DNA of 64,000 bases, taken from assembly GCA_951406725.2 (NCBI GenBank), contig OX597820.1:79856001-79920000 (forward strand), read 5' to 3'. How positions within the stretch are numbered: the stretch's first letter is position 1; the number at the start of each line of letters is the position of its first letter. Position numbers and translations under genes: made by a program. Shown here piece after piece: positions 1 to 12,364 of this stretch. This DNA comes from Octopus vulgaris (taxonomy: Eukaryota). A model generated the notes under the pieces. The model did not search any database. It had not been told where the DNA came from and saw only the letters and a list, made by a program, of their open reading frames with translations.

Positions 1-562
1 TCTCACGTTTTAGATTAATAAAAGGAAGACGGATTTATTTTTGATTACATTGTTTAACTACTAAAATCTGCCAGAGTCGAAAATAATCGATTTTTACTAG
101 AATAAGTACTAGACTTACAAAGAATAAGTCCTCGCGTCGATTTGTGCGACTAAAGGTTCTGCTCCAGCATGGCCGTAGTTAATAGACTGAAACAAAGGAA
201 TAAAAGAATGTAGGAGCAAACATGGTTTCCTGGTTAAGAAGTTCGCTTTGCAACCACATGGTTTCAGGATCAGTTTCATTTGGTGGAACCTAGGAAATAT
301 GTTTTCTACTATAATTCCAGACCGACAAATGCCTTGTGATTGAATTTGAAAGCGGAAGATCGTGGTATATATATATATATATATATATATCTATAAAATG
401 AGGATATAATTTAAAAAATGATTATATCAGTGGCCTAGCTCATAAAAGTAACCGTATAGGTAAAATTAAATCTTTTTAAAACATAATTATAATTAACTAC
501 TACGGGATGTGACCAGCGGCCTACGCTAGAAGAAGGCCGCTGGTCACATCCAGTAGCCCTTA

Positions 563-642
<80 letters not shown>

Positions 643-1210
643 ATGCGTGTATGTGTTTGTGTGTACGACTCTTTTACTCTTTGTTTTAGGCCCCTTCACA
701 CTTTCTTCACTCTGACCCTTTCTTTTCTCGTCCCTCCCTAATTCTTCAATCCCTCTGACCCCACCACTCTCCTCTCCTTCCACGTGACCGGTGTTTCGCC
801 AAGCCTGACCTTTCTTTCTTGGTTCGACTATCATCCGTGTAGCATCTCGTATTTTCCTTCCGATGACTTTCACCTCTTATGTTCCTACCGTAAGGCTTCA
901 CTTCCACACACGCCAGCTTAATTTAATTCGTCCTTAGTCGAAAGACATCTGTTGTTAATATCCCGTTGTTTGTATTTGTAATTGTGTACCATTTTTCCGT
1001 TTTTTCCGTCCTTGTTTTCGTATACATTCACTTGCTTTCTTTCAAGGAATCTCGTGATCTTAGCTCGAGTGTAAGCAGCCGAAACTGCAAAGACGATCTG
1101 GAACTCGACTGAGGATAGGAAGCTCCGAATGACCTGTCCTTTTTTGTATCGTCTAATTGTCTGGATGTTTTGTTGTCGCCTGTTATGTTCTTGTTCCATT
1201 TTCTGTCTTC

Positions 1211-1275
<65 letters not shown>

Positions 1276-1501
1276 GAAATATTAAAATTACTAAGTCTCT
1301 CTAAAAGAGAACAGCGGCAGCGTTCCCGGAAAATAATAGTTATCGCCATACTAATATGGCATTCTTATAAAAATAAGAATAAAGCTGTCCGCTTATTAGC
1401 TCCATGAGGCCATCGCCTTAAGTTAGCTATTTGATACACAAACTGTATCCATATAACCTTCGAACAAGGGAGGTCAGTCGCTCCACACTACTTGACCGGC
1501 A

Positions 1502-1543
1502 GCTACAGACGCGTTTCGGAGTATTGCCCCTTTTCAATGCAGC
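1502..1543 (-). ncRNA. Minimal hammerhead ribozyme, minus-strand copy
   Basis: Reverse complement of the motif. One C>U change in helix II gives a G-U wobble. Confidence 0.75.
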
Positions 1544-1863
1544 GTAGCCAGCCAGTAGGTGTCGCTTCTGACAATCTCTGTTCGATGGTTTTATTTACCT
1601 AGTTTCGGTGGAATACATCCACTTGTTTTCAATAATAGAAATATTAAAATTACTAAGTCTCTCTAAAAGAGAACAGCGGCAGCGTTCCCGGAAAATAATA
1701 GTTATCGCCATACTAATATGGCATTCTTATAAAAATAAGAATAAAGCTGTCCGCTTATTAGCTCCATGAGGCCATCGCCTTAAGTTAGCTATTTGATACA
1801 CAAACTGTATCCATATAACCTTCGAACAAGGGAGGTCAGTCGCTCTACACTACTTGACCGGCA

Positions 1864-1905
1864 GCTACAGACGCGTTTCGGGGTATTGCCCCTTTTGAAT
1901 GCAGC
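1864..1905 (-). ncRNA. Hammerhead copy with a core mutation (G5C), probably inactive
   Basis: The core reads UUCAAAA instead of UUGAAAA. Confidence 0.65.
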
Positions 1906-2284
1906 GTAGCCAGCCAGTAGGTGTCGCTTCCGACAATCTCTGTTCGATGGTTTTATTTACCTAGTTTCGGTCAAGTAGTGTGGAGCGACTGACCTCCCTT
2001 GTTCGAAGGTTATATGGATACAGTTTGTGTATCAAATAGCTAACTTAAGGCGATGGCCTCATGGAGCTAATAAGCGGACAGCTTTATTCTTATTTTTATA
2101 AGAATGCCATATTAGTATGGCGATAACTATTATTTTCCGGGAACGCTGCCGCTGTTCTCTTTTAGAGAGACTTAGTAATTTTAATATTTCTATTATTGAA
2201 AACAAGTGGATGTATTCCACCGAAACTAGGTAAATAAAACCATCGAACAGAGATTGTCAGAAGCGACACCTACTGGCTGGCTAC

Positions 2285-2326
2285 GCTGCATTGAAAAGGG
2301 GCAATACCCCGAAACGCGTCTGTAGC
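2285..2326 (+). ncRNA. Minimal type I hammerhead ribozyme (U3-A8 variant), predicted cleavage after 2320
   Basis: GCUGCA | UUGAAAA | GGGG-CAAUA-CCCC | GAAA | CGCG | UC | UGUAGC. This gives helix I, core, helix II, GAAA, palindromic helix III and a GUC site. Confidence 0.8.
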
Positions 2327-2854
2327 TGCCGGTCAAGTAGTGTGGAGCGACTGACCTCCCTTGTTCGAAGGTTATATGGATACAGTTTGTGTATCAAATA
2401 GCTAACTTAAGGCGATGGCCTCATGGAGCTAATAAGCGGACAGCTTTATTCTTATTTTTATAAGAATGCCATATTAGTATGGCGATAACTATTATTTTCC
2501 GGGAACGCTGCCGCTGTTCTCTTTTAGAGAGACTTAGTAATTTTAATATTTCTATTATTGAAAACAAGTGGATGTATTCCACCGAAACTAGGTAAATAAA
2601 ACCATCGAACAGAGATTGTCAGAAGCGACACCTACTGATTTTTCCTTGGATTACGTCGGATTATTTTATGCTGTAAGCTGTTATGTTAGTTCGTTCTGTT
2701 CTGGATTTAAACGTACAATTTTTGGAGTATTAACTTGTGGAACAAAGTAATTTTCGCCCTTCGGGGTAGAAAATTTCTTTTTATATATGAACTTTAATTC
2801 AGTGTGGAATTAATTTTTATCTTGTCTCTTGTGACAAGTCACTTGCATTTTAAT

Positions 2855-4273
2855 ATGGATCTTGACTTAACGTCAAATTCTGATTTTCCCGAGATAGGAG
2901 AAGTTATAAAAAATGGAAATCAAATGGATACAAAGGAGAAACAAAGTTTTTCGGAAGCCGTTGGAGGCAATGTTATAGAACTGGAAGTAACAATGGAGGA
3001 TCTCTTCAAGTTCAGAAAGTTCATACAAAGGAATGGAGAAGAAACGAGAATAATACCGCCCCCTGACACCTTACAAGCAATCCGTGAGAAGACGGTAATT
3101 TATAAGGTATATAATATTAAGGAAAAAAAGATTGCAGATGTAAGAAATGAATTGGTAGAACGGTGCATGGCACCAATTTGGAACAAGGTTCGCTATGTTG
3201 GCCGAGGAGTGAGAAGCGCTACTATTGAAGCGCATTTCGAGTCGGCTAGCATAGCGAAGGAAATTTCAACTCAAACGTTGAAGAGTGCAGACATCCTGTT
3301 GCTGCCCACGTACTTAGGGCGCAGAACAGCTAAGATAACAATAGAGGATATACCAACAGGTTACGATGTAATGTGGGCAGCAACAGCGGTCGTATTCGAC
3401 GTAGAAGAGAAATTAAACATTTTAAACATGAGGATGAAAGAGGCAAAATTTTGGAAAGGTCAGCAGCTTGAAATGATCGTTCAAGCTGACAATGCAACGC
3501 TGGAGAGTTTGCCAGACAGGGTCTTCGTGGGGGACGGACACACTGCGCGGATATCGGTGGAGGGACGTAGGCCCAGATGTTTCAAATGTGGGCAGAAGGG
3601 TCACGTCCGCTCAGAGTGCAAAAAGAAAAAACCCGTTAATGCCCCCATTCAAACCGCTGTGGAGAACAAAGCAGACATCACAGCAACAACAAAAGAGAAT
3701 ACCCGGAAAAAGCAAAATGAAAGTCAAAAGGAGGAAAAGAAAATGAATGGAAAACAAAGCGAAAACGAAAACGAGGTGGAAAATATTTTATCAAATGGAA
3801 AAGAACTGGAAGTAATGGAATATACGACTGTAACCAACAAAAGGAAGAAATCCAATACCCCGGACTCCCCACCCCAAACAAAAAGAAAAACAAACGCAGA
3901 AGAACAACACAAAAAAATTATCCAATCCCACCCCGCTGGCACTACTTTTGTAGGCCAGCATTTCATTAAACCCCAGCCCCCAACTTTAAAAGGATTCAAA
4001 AAAACCGATAGGTGCATTGCTTATAACACAAAAAACGAGAGAGTAGTTTGGTACATAAAGGCGAAACCAAACATAAAATGTTTCAAATCATCGGAAAAAA
4101 ACCCGGATTGGAGGTATGCGAAGGTTGGAGAGGAGGAATGGAAGGAGAGACTATTCCAACTACACGTGAGGGACAACCTGATTAAAGATGTCACACAAGA
4201 GGTGATAGCTGGAAAATTGAATATTAGCCCGGCAGCCACTCCATCCCAGAGCCCGGTGGCAAACGCCGGTTAA
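2855..4273 (+). CDS. LINE ORF1 (gag-like nucleic-acid-binding protein with zinc knuckle), about 472 aa
   Basis: Open frame 2804-4273 with first ATG at 2855 (MDLDL). CX2CX4HX4C knuckle CFKCGQKGHVRSEC followed by a basic, low-complexity region, as is typical of Tx1/L1 ORF1. Confidence 0.88.
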   Translation: MDLDLTSNSDFPEIGEVIKNGNQMDTKEKQSFSEAVGGNVIELEVTMEDLFKFRKFIQRNGEETRIIPPPDTLQAIREKTVIYKVYNIKEKKIADVRNELVERCMAPIWNKVRYVGRGVRSATIEAHFESASIAKEISTQTLKSADILLLPTYLGRRTAKITIEDIPTGYDVMWAATAVVFDVEEKLNILNMRMKEAKFWKGQQLEMIVQADNATLESLPDRVFVGDGHTARISVEGRRPRCFKCGQKGHVRSECKKKKPVNAPIQTAVENKADITATTKENTRKKQNESQKEEKKMNGKQSENENEVENILSNGKELEVMEYTTVTNKRKKSNTPDSPPQTKRKTNAEEQHKKIIQSHPAGTTFVGQHFIKPQPPTLKGFKKTDRCIAYNTKNERVVWYIKAKPNIKCFKSSEKNPDWRYAKVGEEEWKERLFQLHVRDNLIKDVTQEVIAGKLNISPAATPSQSPVANAG

Positions 4274-4370
4274 ATGCCCAGCAACAACGGAGAGTGTGGG
4301 GGAGGCAGGCAGACAAAAGCTGCCATGCTCCCTCTCACAACCGTAAGTAACAAACTTTCTTCATTCATCG

Positions 4371-7300
4371 ATGATTAAGTTGGGCTGTATAAATGTGCGT
4401 GGAATGGGGTCGAAATGGAAACAGGCTTGCTTGCTGGACGACCTCAGGACACACAGAATAGATGTAGCCATTGTCACCGAGTCCAAGATGAGAGGAACCC
4501 AAGCGTTCTCGCATCTTCTCAATGGTTACGAGAAATGTATTTCTCCTAGCCGAGGAGGGAGTGCAGGCGTGGCAGTCCTTATCAGGAAGAACTTGGACTT
4601 ACAGGTAAGTACTGTCTTTATGGACCCAGAAGGTAGGCTGGTTGTCCTCGATGTAACTCACGTGAGTAAGCAGTCCTTCAGGTTGGTAGCTGTTTATGCT
4701 CCTAATGAGGGTAGGCAGACTGGTTTTTATCGGAACTTGGAGCACTTTCTAGTGACGTCTAAAACGGTAGTATTGGTAGGGGATTTCAACACTATCATCG
4801 ATGCGCGGATAGATAGTGTGGGCTCGTCTGATAGAAGGGGGAATCCTTGCCTTAAGGGTCTACTGACGAGCTTTAATCTAGTAGATCGGTTTCGAATGGA
4901 TGAGCCGAGCATTCCACAGTGGACGTGGAGTAACAATGACGGCTCACGCAGATCGTATATAGATAGGGTATTTGTTAAAGAACGAGATAGGAATAGCATT
5001 AGCTGTCCACAATTTTGTATTGTGCCTTACACGGATCACAAATTAGTGACGTGTGAGGTACATGTAGATAAATGCCATAGACAGGGACCCGGATACTGGA
5101 AAATGAACAAGTCTATTTTGGCTTGTGAAGCTTTCCGTAACCGGATTATGGAATTAGTCCAGAGGGCATTTTGTGGAACCATCATTAATAATAGATGGTG
5201 GATCGCCCTCAAAAGAGCCATCCGTTTGGAGTCCATTAGATTTAGCAACCAGCTAAGTTTAGATAGGACTAGAATAGAGGGCGATTTAGTTAAGAACTTA
5301 GACGAGGCAATGGGATCTGGCTGTGCATCTAGAGTGTTAGCAGAGAGAACGATCTTGTACCGTCACCTCAATGCCAAGCATGAAGGATGTAGAGTCAGAG
5401 CTAAGCTACGTGCAGTGAAACGAGAAGGTATTAATGTTGCCGGATGGGCACGTCGTGTGGAGAGTCAGAAGGGCAAAAAGTCCTCTATTAAGTCTTTAAC
5501 TGACGAACAGGGACGCAAAATCTATGGACAGGAGGAGATACAGAAGGTCTTTCAACAGCATTTCGCTCGGTTGTTTGGGGAGGGCGATCCACTCGAGCGA
5601 GGGGAGGACTTACAGAACTTCCTAGCTGGTGGGCCTCGGCTCTCGCCAAGCAGAGCGGAACGCTGTGAAGGACCGATTACTCCCGCGGAGGTAAGAGGGG
5701 TTTTGGCTGAATGCGCCCGGGAAAAGTCGCCGGGACTGGATGGTCTGCCCTATGAGTTTTATTGTTGTATGCCGGACTTGTTCGGGGACATACTGGCAAG
5801 CGTCAACGCAAACTGGCAACAGAATGGGAGGATTCCCAGTTCTGTGAGCCGGGGAGTTGTGACGCTGATCCAGAAAGACCCGAGGAAGGGGGATAATATT
5901 AGTAATTATAGGCCCATAACTCTACTTAATGTAGAGTTAAAGATTTTGGCCAAGGTGTTAGCAGAAAGGTTGAAGGTCGTCATGGAAAAACTTGTCAGAA
6001 AGGCACAGACATGTGCAATCCCAGGCAGGTCGATCGAAGATAATCTTCACCTTCTACGCTACACTATAGACAGGGTTGGGCAATTAGCCGGCAAAGGAGG
6101 GGCATTGGTCCATTTAGACCAAAGTAAAGCATTTGATAGGGTAGATCATCAGTACCTGGCGACGGTTCTCGAAGCGGCTGGGCTAGGTCCTGACTTTCGC
6201 GGGTGGATATCAGCTATGTACAGCGGTATCAAGTCCACAGTCCAGATAAACGGTTACTTAACGGAACCGTTTTCGATTAAGCGTTCAGTTCGTCAAGGAT
6301 GTCCCTTGTCCCCTCTCCTGTACGTTTTGGCTCTTGAGCCATTGCTGCGGGAGTTGGAGACGGTGAGATGCAATCCTAATGAAATCGGATGCGGTAAGTC
6401 TGTTTCTGCGTATGCGGATGACGTCACCTTCATCGTGTCCAACGAAGCACAACTAACTCGTGTAGAAGGTGCTCTCCGAAGATACGAAGCGGTGGCTGGG
6501 GCAAAAGTTAACAAGGACAAGTCCACTGGTTTGCGCCTCGGCACCTGGAGGAACAAGCCGATATCGTCCAGTGTTGTTGGACACTGGACAGATGGTCCTG
6601 TTAAATTGCTTGGAGTTTGGTTTGGTTCAGACTCCCAGACGGAGAAAAATTGGAGCGAGGTAGTGACCAAGGTAGAAGCCATAGTTCGGGAGTGGTCCGG
6701 AAGGCATCTTTCCTTGAAAGGGAGGGCGGAGGTGGTACAGGTGTTTATAGCATCTGTAATCACCTATCGCCTGACTGTCGTGCCTTGCCCCGATTTGTGG
6801 CTAAGCAAGTTGGATCGACTCCTTTTCCGCATTTTGTGGAAGGGAAGAAAGTCACTTGTAAGGCGCTCCGTGTGTTGCCAGGAACCACTAAAGGGTGGGC
6901 TGGGGATGCCTTGGTTAATGATGCGCAGGCATGCGCTGAGACTGAGACATCTCTGGTTTCACCTGGAAGGTGATAAGGTGTGGAGTCCGCTGGCAGATAA
7001 TTTCTTCCCGCAACCGGACTCTATGGAGAGATTTAAACCCGGTTTCATTAAAAGACGGAACCTGACTTTATGACAGAAAGAGTGCCGACAGGCACTCTGG
7101 CTGATCCACAAGATAGGCAAAGCCGGCTGCGGGAATACCACCTCGACATTTTATAGAAGGATGGTAGAGGCAAAAAATGACGACGTCCTAAGAGGGGCTC
7201 TGGGGTTCGATGAGGATCAACTATCCGACCTGTTTAAGAAGACTTTCAAGCCGGGGTATTTGGACAATTACCAAAAATCCCTGACTTGGCAGTGCTATAG

Positions 7301-7769
7301 GAATGCTCTACCTGTTCGCGATAAGTTATATAGGCATGGAATGTCAGTGCCACCGACATGTCCAAGATGTGGGTTGGACGATGAAACCGTCCAGCACGCT
7401 TTTGTACATTGTCAGGAGCTGTCAGGCTTAATAAGTTACGTAGAACACGTGTTGTCGCATCTGGGACGAGTACAGCTATCGGCTGGTTCTATAATAAAGA
7501 TGATACCGCCAGCTGGACTCTCAAAGGAAGGTGAGGCTTGTTTTCACTGTACGGTGGCAGTACTGAAAGAGTGTGTGTGGAGAACTAGATTGGAAGGTTT
7601 GGTGTCAGGAACCTTTGTCTCTGGATATGGTATGTTAAAATACTTCAGATACCATCTAAAGAGCAAGATGGATTTAGAGAAGAGGAACCTGACACAGAAA
7701 AAGTATGTGAATCGATGGAAGGATGTGATAAAAAAGGTGGGTGTGAGTAACCCTGCTTGGTCATCATGA
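4371..7769 (+). CDS. LINE ORF2 (AP endonuclease + reverse transcriptase + C-terminal CCHC), about 1132 codons, interrupted by one in-frame TGA at 7071-7073
   Basis: APE motifs INVRG, VYAP, GDFN, YIDRVF, TDH. RT motifs KSPGLDG, YRPITLLN, DQSKAFDRV, RQGCPLSPLLY, YADD. C-terminal CPRC...HAFVHC. ORF 7161-7769 is in frame with 4371 and the segment 7074-7160 is open. Confidence 0.93.
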
Positions 7770-8032
7770 AGGGAGAAAATAGTCTCTGGGCTCTTAGGCT
7801 GTCGGGTAAGAATCCTGACTGTGATATACCTAGCTGGCCAAAATCATTTTTAATTTAAAAAAAAAAAAGGAGAAAGTAAAGTTTAGTATCATAATCAATA
7901 ATCAACATATGTAAATATCAAACGAACAACGTAAACTTTTTGTAATTATGTTTTGTATTGTAATGTACTATCTCTGTAAGATTTTTATAATCATAATAAA
8001 GATTTTAGAAGCGACACCTACTGGCTGGCTAC

Positions 8033-8074
8033 GCTGCATTGAAAAGGGGCAATACCCCGAAACGCGTCTGTAGC
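8033..8074 (+). ncRNA. Minimal type I hammerhead ribozyme (same family), predicted cleavage after 8068
   Basis: Same motif as 2285-2326. Confidence 0.8.
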
Positions 8075-8394
8075 TGCCGGTCAAGTAGTGTGGAGCGACT
8101 GACCTCCCTTGTTCGAAGGTTATATGGATACAGTTTGTGTATCAAATAGCTAACTTAAGGCGATGGCCTCATGGAGCTAATAAGCGGACAGCTTTATTCT
8201 TATTTTTATAAGAATGCCATATTAGTATGGCGATAACTATTATTTTCCGGGAACGCTGCCGCTGTTCTCTTTTAGAGAGACTTAGTAATTTTAATATTTC
8301 TATTATTGAAAACAAGTGGATGTATTCCACCGAAACTAGGTAAATAAAACCATCGAACAGAGATTGTCAGAAGCGACACCTACTGGCTGGCTAC

Positions 8395-8436
8395 GCTGCA
8401 TTGAAAAGGGGCAATACCCCGAAACGCGTCTGTAGC
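8395..8436 (+). ncRNA. Minimal type I hammerhead ribozyme (same family)
   Basis: Same motif as 2285-2326. Confidence 0.8.
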
Positions 8437-8599
8437 TGCCGGTCAAGTAGTGTGGAGCGACTGACCTCCCTTGTTCGAAGGTTATATGGATACAGTTTGT
8501 GTATCAAATAGCTAACTTAAGGCGATGGCCTCATGGAGCTAATAAGCGGACAGCTTTATTCTTATTTTTATAAGAATGCCATATTAGTATGGCGATAAC

Positions 8600-8643
<44 letters not shown>

Positions 8644-8937
8644 AGATAAAAGAATACACACACACACGCAAACACAAGCACGCACACACACACACATATA
8701 TATATTTATATATTCTTTAATTCTTTTAATTAATTCAGTCATTTTACTACGGCCATGCTGGAACACCACCTTTAGTGGAACAAATCGACCCCAAATCCAC
8801 TCACAAGGCTATGGTCCGCCCGAGGCAATAGTAGAAGACACTTGCCCAAGGTTCCACGCAGTGGGACTGAACCCGGAAGCATGTTGGTAAGCAAGCTACT
8901 TACCACACAGCTATTGCTGGGCCTACCAGCCACTCCT

Positions 8938-8997
<60 letters not shown>

Positions 8998-9045
8998 CAT
9001 ACGTATATGTATGTATGTATGTATGTATGTGTGTATGTATGTATG

Positions 9046-9104
<59 letters not shown>

Positions 9105-9523
9105 GCATATATGTATGGGTGTATGTCTTTGTATGTGTTAATCTCCCACTACGGTTGACAACCGGTGTTGGTGTGTTTACGTCCCCGTAACTTAGGGACT
9201 TATCGAATAAGTATCAGGCTTCAAATAGAAATAAGTACTGGGGTCTCTCAATTCAACTAAAAATTATTCAAGACGATGGAACAAGTAAACGATGAATGGT
9301 AAATGATGATTATTCAAAGAGTTGAAATGCATCTGGAAAGTCATACACAGCATGTGACTATCTGCCTTTACGTTCTGAGTTCAATTTCCGCCGATGTCAA
9401 CTTTGCCTTTCATCTTTTCGGGGATCGATTAAATAAGTACCAGTTACGCATAGGGGTCGATATAATCGACTTAAACCCTTTGTCTGTCCTTGTTTGTTCC
9501 CTCTCCGTTTACCCGCTTGTGGG

Positions 9524-9838
9524 CAATAAAGAAATAAACGCATGCACCGTTTCTATTTCATTTCTTAATTATTTGTCAATTGGTTAAGTATTGAGCCACA
9601 AGGCTAATCAATTGTTTGATTAATCATTTGTTTAATGAATCAGTGAGTTATGAGAAAGAAAGACTAGAAGCTGAGCTGGAGGAGAGAGGGCATGTCCTTG
9701 AAGAAGACTTTGATAAACCTAAATGACTGATTGATTAACCGAATGTCAACAAACGAGTAATTACTTAAGTGATTAAATATTTAATCAACTGACAAATATG
9801 AAAAAAAATGAAATAGAACCAGTGTGTTTCTTTATTGC
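9524..9838. mobile_element. MITE-like element with long imperfect terminal inverted repeats
   Basis: TTCTATTTCATTT...ATTTGTCAATTGGTTAAGTATT (about 9550-9593) is mirrored by AATATTTAATCAACTGACAAAT...AATGAAATAGAA (about 9776-9818). Outer GCAATAAAGAAA/TTTCTTTATTGC. Confidence 0.55.
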
Positions 9839-10537
9839 TAGCAAAATACAGCAAAATATATCGTATATTCAATGCGATTTCTTTTATAAAACTGTGCCTC
9901 TTTCGAACACGACTAAATCAAGGTGTATTCACGATAATGCCATAATGCCACGATAATACCACGATAATGCCACAATAATGCCAATGACTTCAAAACGGAT
10001 CTTATTTCACGAATACGTATATATGACATTTACACATTACAGCGTGATGAGTTCAAAGACATTACTGGACTAGCAAATTTTTTGTTTTTGTGTTCGATAT
10101 TTTTGTTTGACTTAAAGAAAACTCATTGAAGAATATTTTCTTTTGTGTAAGCAATCAAGTCTCCGGAAGTTCATGCCACAAGAAATGTATCAGTAATTTG
10201 ATGACACCCACAACATAAGATGAAACAACTGTATTGTAGTGTACAGCAATATTACAAAAAAAAAAGAAGAAAGTGATTAGTGCAGCAACACGAATCAAGA
10301 ATGTTGCGAAAAATGCAACAGTAATCACCGCATTCTTCACAAATATGCATTAGAGAAAAAACAAAACAAATTAATTTCCATTAGGCATGGTTGCGTTGTG
10401 GTTAAGCAGCTCACTTAGCGACCACATAATTATAAGTTCAGTCTCACTGCACAGCACGTTGGGCAAGTGTCTTTAACCCAGGGCCGACCAAAGCCTTGTC
10501 AGTGAATTTTGTAGACAGAAAGGGTGTGGTAGCCTCG

Positions 10538-11815
<1,278 letters not shown>

Positions 11816-11825
11816 AATGAATAAC

Positions 11826-11979
11826 TTATTTACATTATTTACATTTGATGGATATTTGACTTCATCTTGTTTGTTGTTAACACAGTGTTTCGGCTGATAT
11901 ACCCTCCAGCCTTCATCAGGTGTCATGGGGAAATTTCGAATCTGGGTTCTCACTCCCAAGGTATTTTTCAATGTTGTCA

Positions 11980-12066
<87 letters not shown>

Positions 12067-12150
12067 TAGGTCACTGCTTGGAATCGAACTCTGAATCTTG
12101 GGGTTAGTCGCCCGCGCTCTTAATCAATACGCCATATGACCGTGGGCATA
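11826..12150 (-). mobile_element. Second copy of the tRNA-head/hammerhead SINE-like element
   Basis: Reverse complement of 16141-16440. Hammerhead at 11879-11924 with a mutated helix III (GAAACACU). A partial plus-strand copy follows (12151-12440). Confidence 0.78.
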
Positions 12151-12198
12151 TGGAGGGTATATCAGCCTTTGTGTTAACATCTACTCGCTGTGTTAACA

Positions 12199-12364
12199 TC
12201 TACTCGCGATACCAGAGGGCGTACACTCTCCTACCCTGATGTAATCTCCAAGGATACAGGCATCCAGCAACAGGACTTCCGTAATGCTATGATGGACCGT
12301 GAAGTCTGGTGTAGCATGGTAAATTCCATTGTCTGGACCACGGTCGAACAATGACGATGATGAT
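12199..12364 (+). mobile_element. 5'-truncated 3' end of an RTE-like LINE with a (GAT)n tail
   Basis: Encodes GRTLSYPDVISKDTGIQQQDFRNAMMDREVW...EQ*, an RTE-type C-terminus. (TGA)n tail. Flanked by TGTGTTAACA (12189-12198 and 12364-12373). Confidence 0.65.

Larger units (their letters stand above)
1271..2637. repeat. 362-bp hammerhead-containing tandem repeat, left part: about 1.9 units on the minus strand (1271-1971), then about 1.85 units on the plus strand (1968-2637)
   Basis: TAATAGAAAT recurs at 1271/1633 and TCAAGTAG at 1971/2333 (period 362). The orientation switches at a CGGT microhomology (1968-1971). The array begins directly at a (TA)n tract. Confidence 0.95.
2638..8006 (+). mobile_element. 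Full-length non-LTR retrotransposon of the L1/Tx1 group (about 5.37 kb) with a 17-bp TSD
   Basis: Two-ORF structure (CCHC ORF1; APE+RT+CCHC ORF2). Direct repeat AGAAGCGACACCTACTG at 2621-2637 and 8007-8023, with the host repeat continuing seamlessly on both sides. AATAAA at 7995-8000 and no terminal poly(A). Confidence 0.93.
8007..8605 (+). repeat. 362-bp hammerhead-containing tandem repeat, right part (about 1.65 units)
   Basis: Matches the units at 1968-2637, with period 362 (8033/8395). Ends in (TA)n. Confidence 0.95.

Noticed and set aside
1060-1140. CTGAGGA...CCGAA and GCCGAAAC motifs as possible hammerheads (also CTGATGA on the minus strand near 55460)
   Set aside because: I could not build helices I-III with a properly placed GAAA and NUH site.
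1271-2637. 362-bp array considered as a CRISPR array or as LTRs of the retroelement
   Set aside because: There are no unique spacers and the context is eukaryotic. The element has APE-RT rather than protease or integrase, and its TSD lies inside the repeat unit, so the repeats are the target and not LTRs.
3422-7141. Antisense and alternative-frame ORFs overlapping the LINE
   Set aside because: Shadow ORFs of the long coding frames, with no recognisable motifs.
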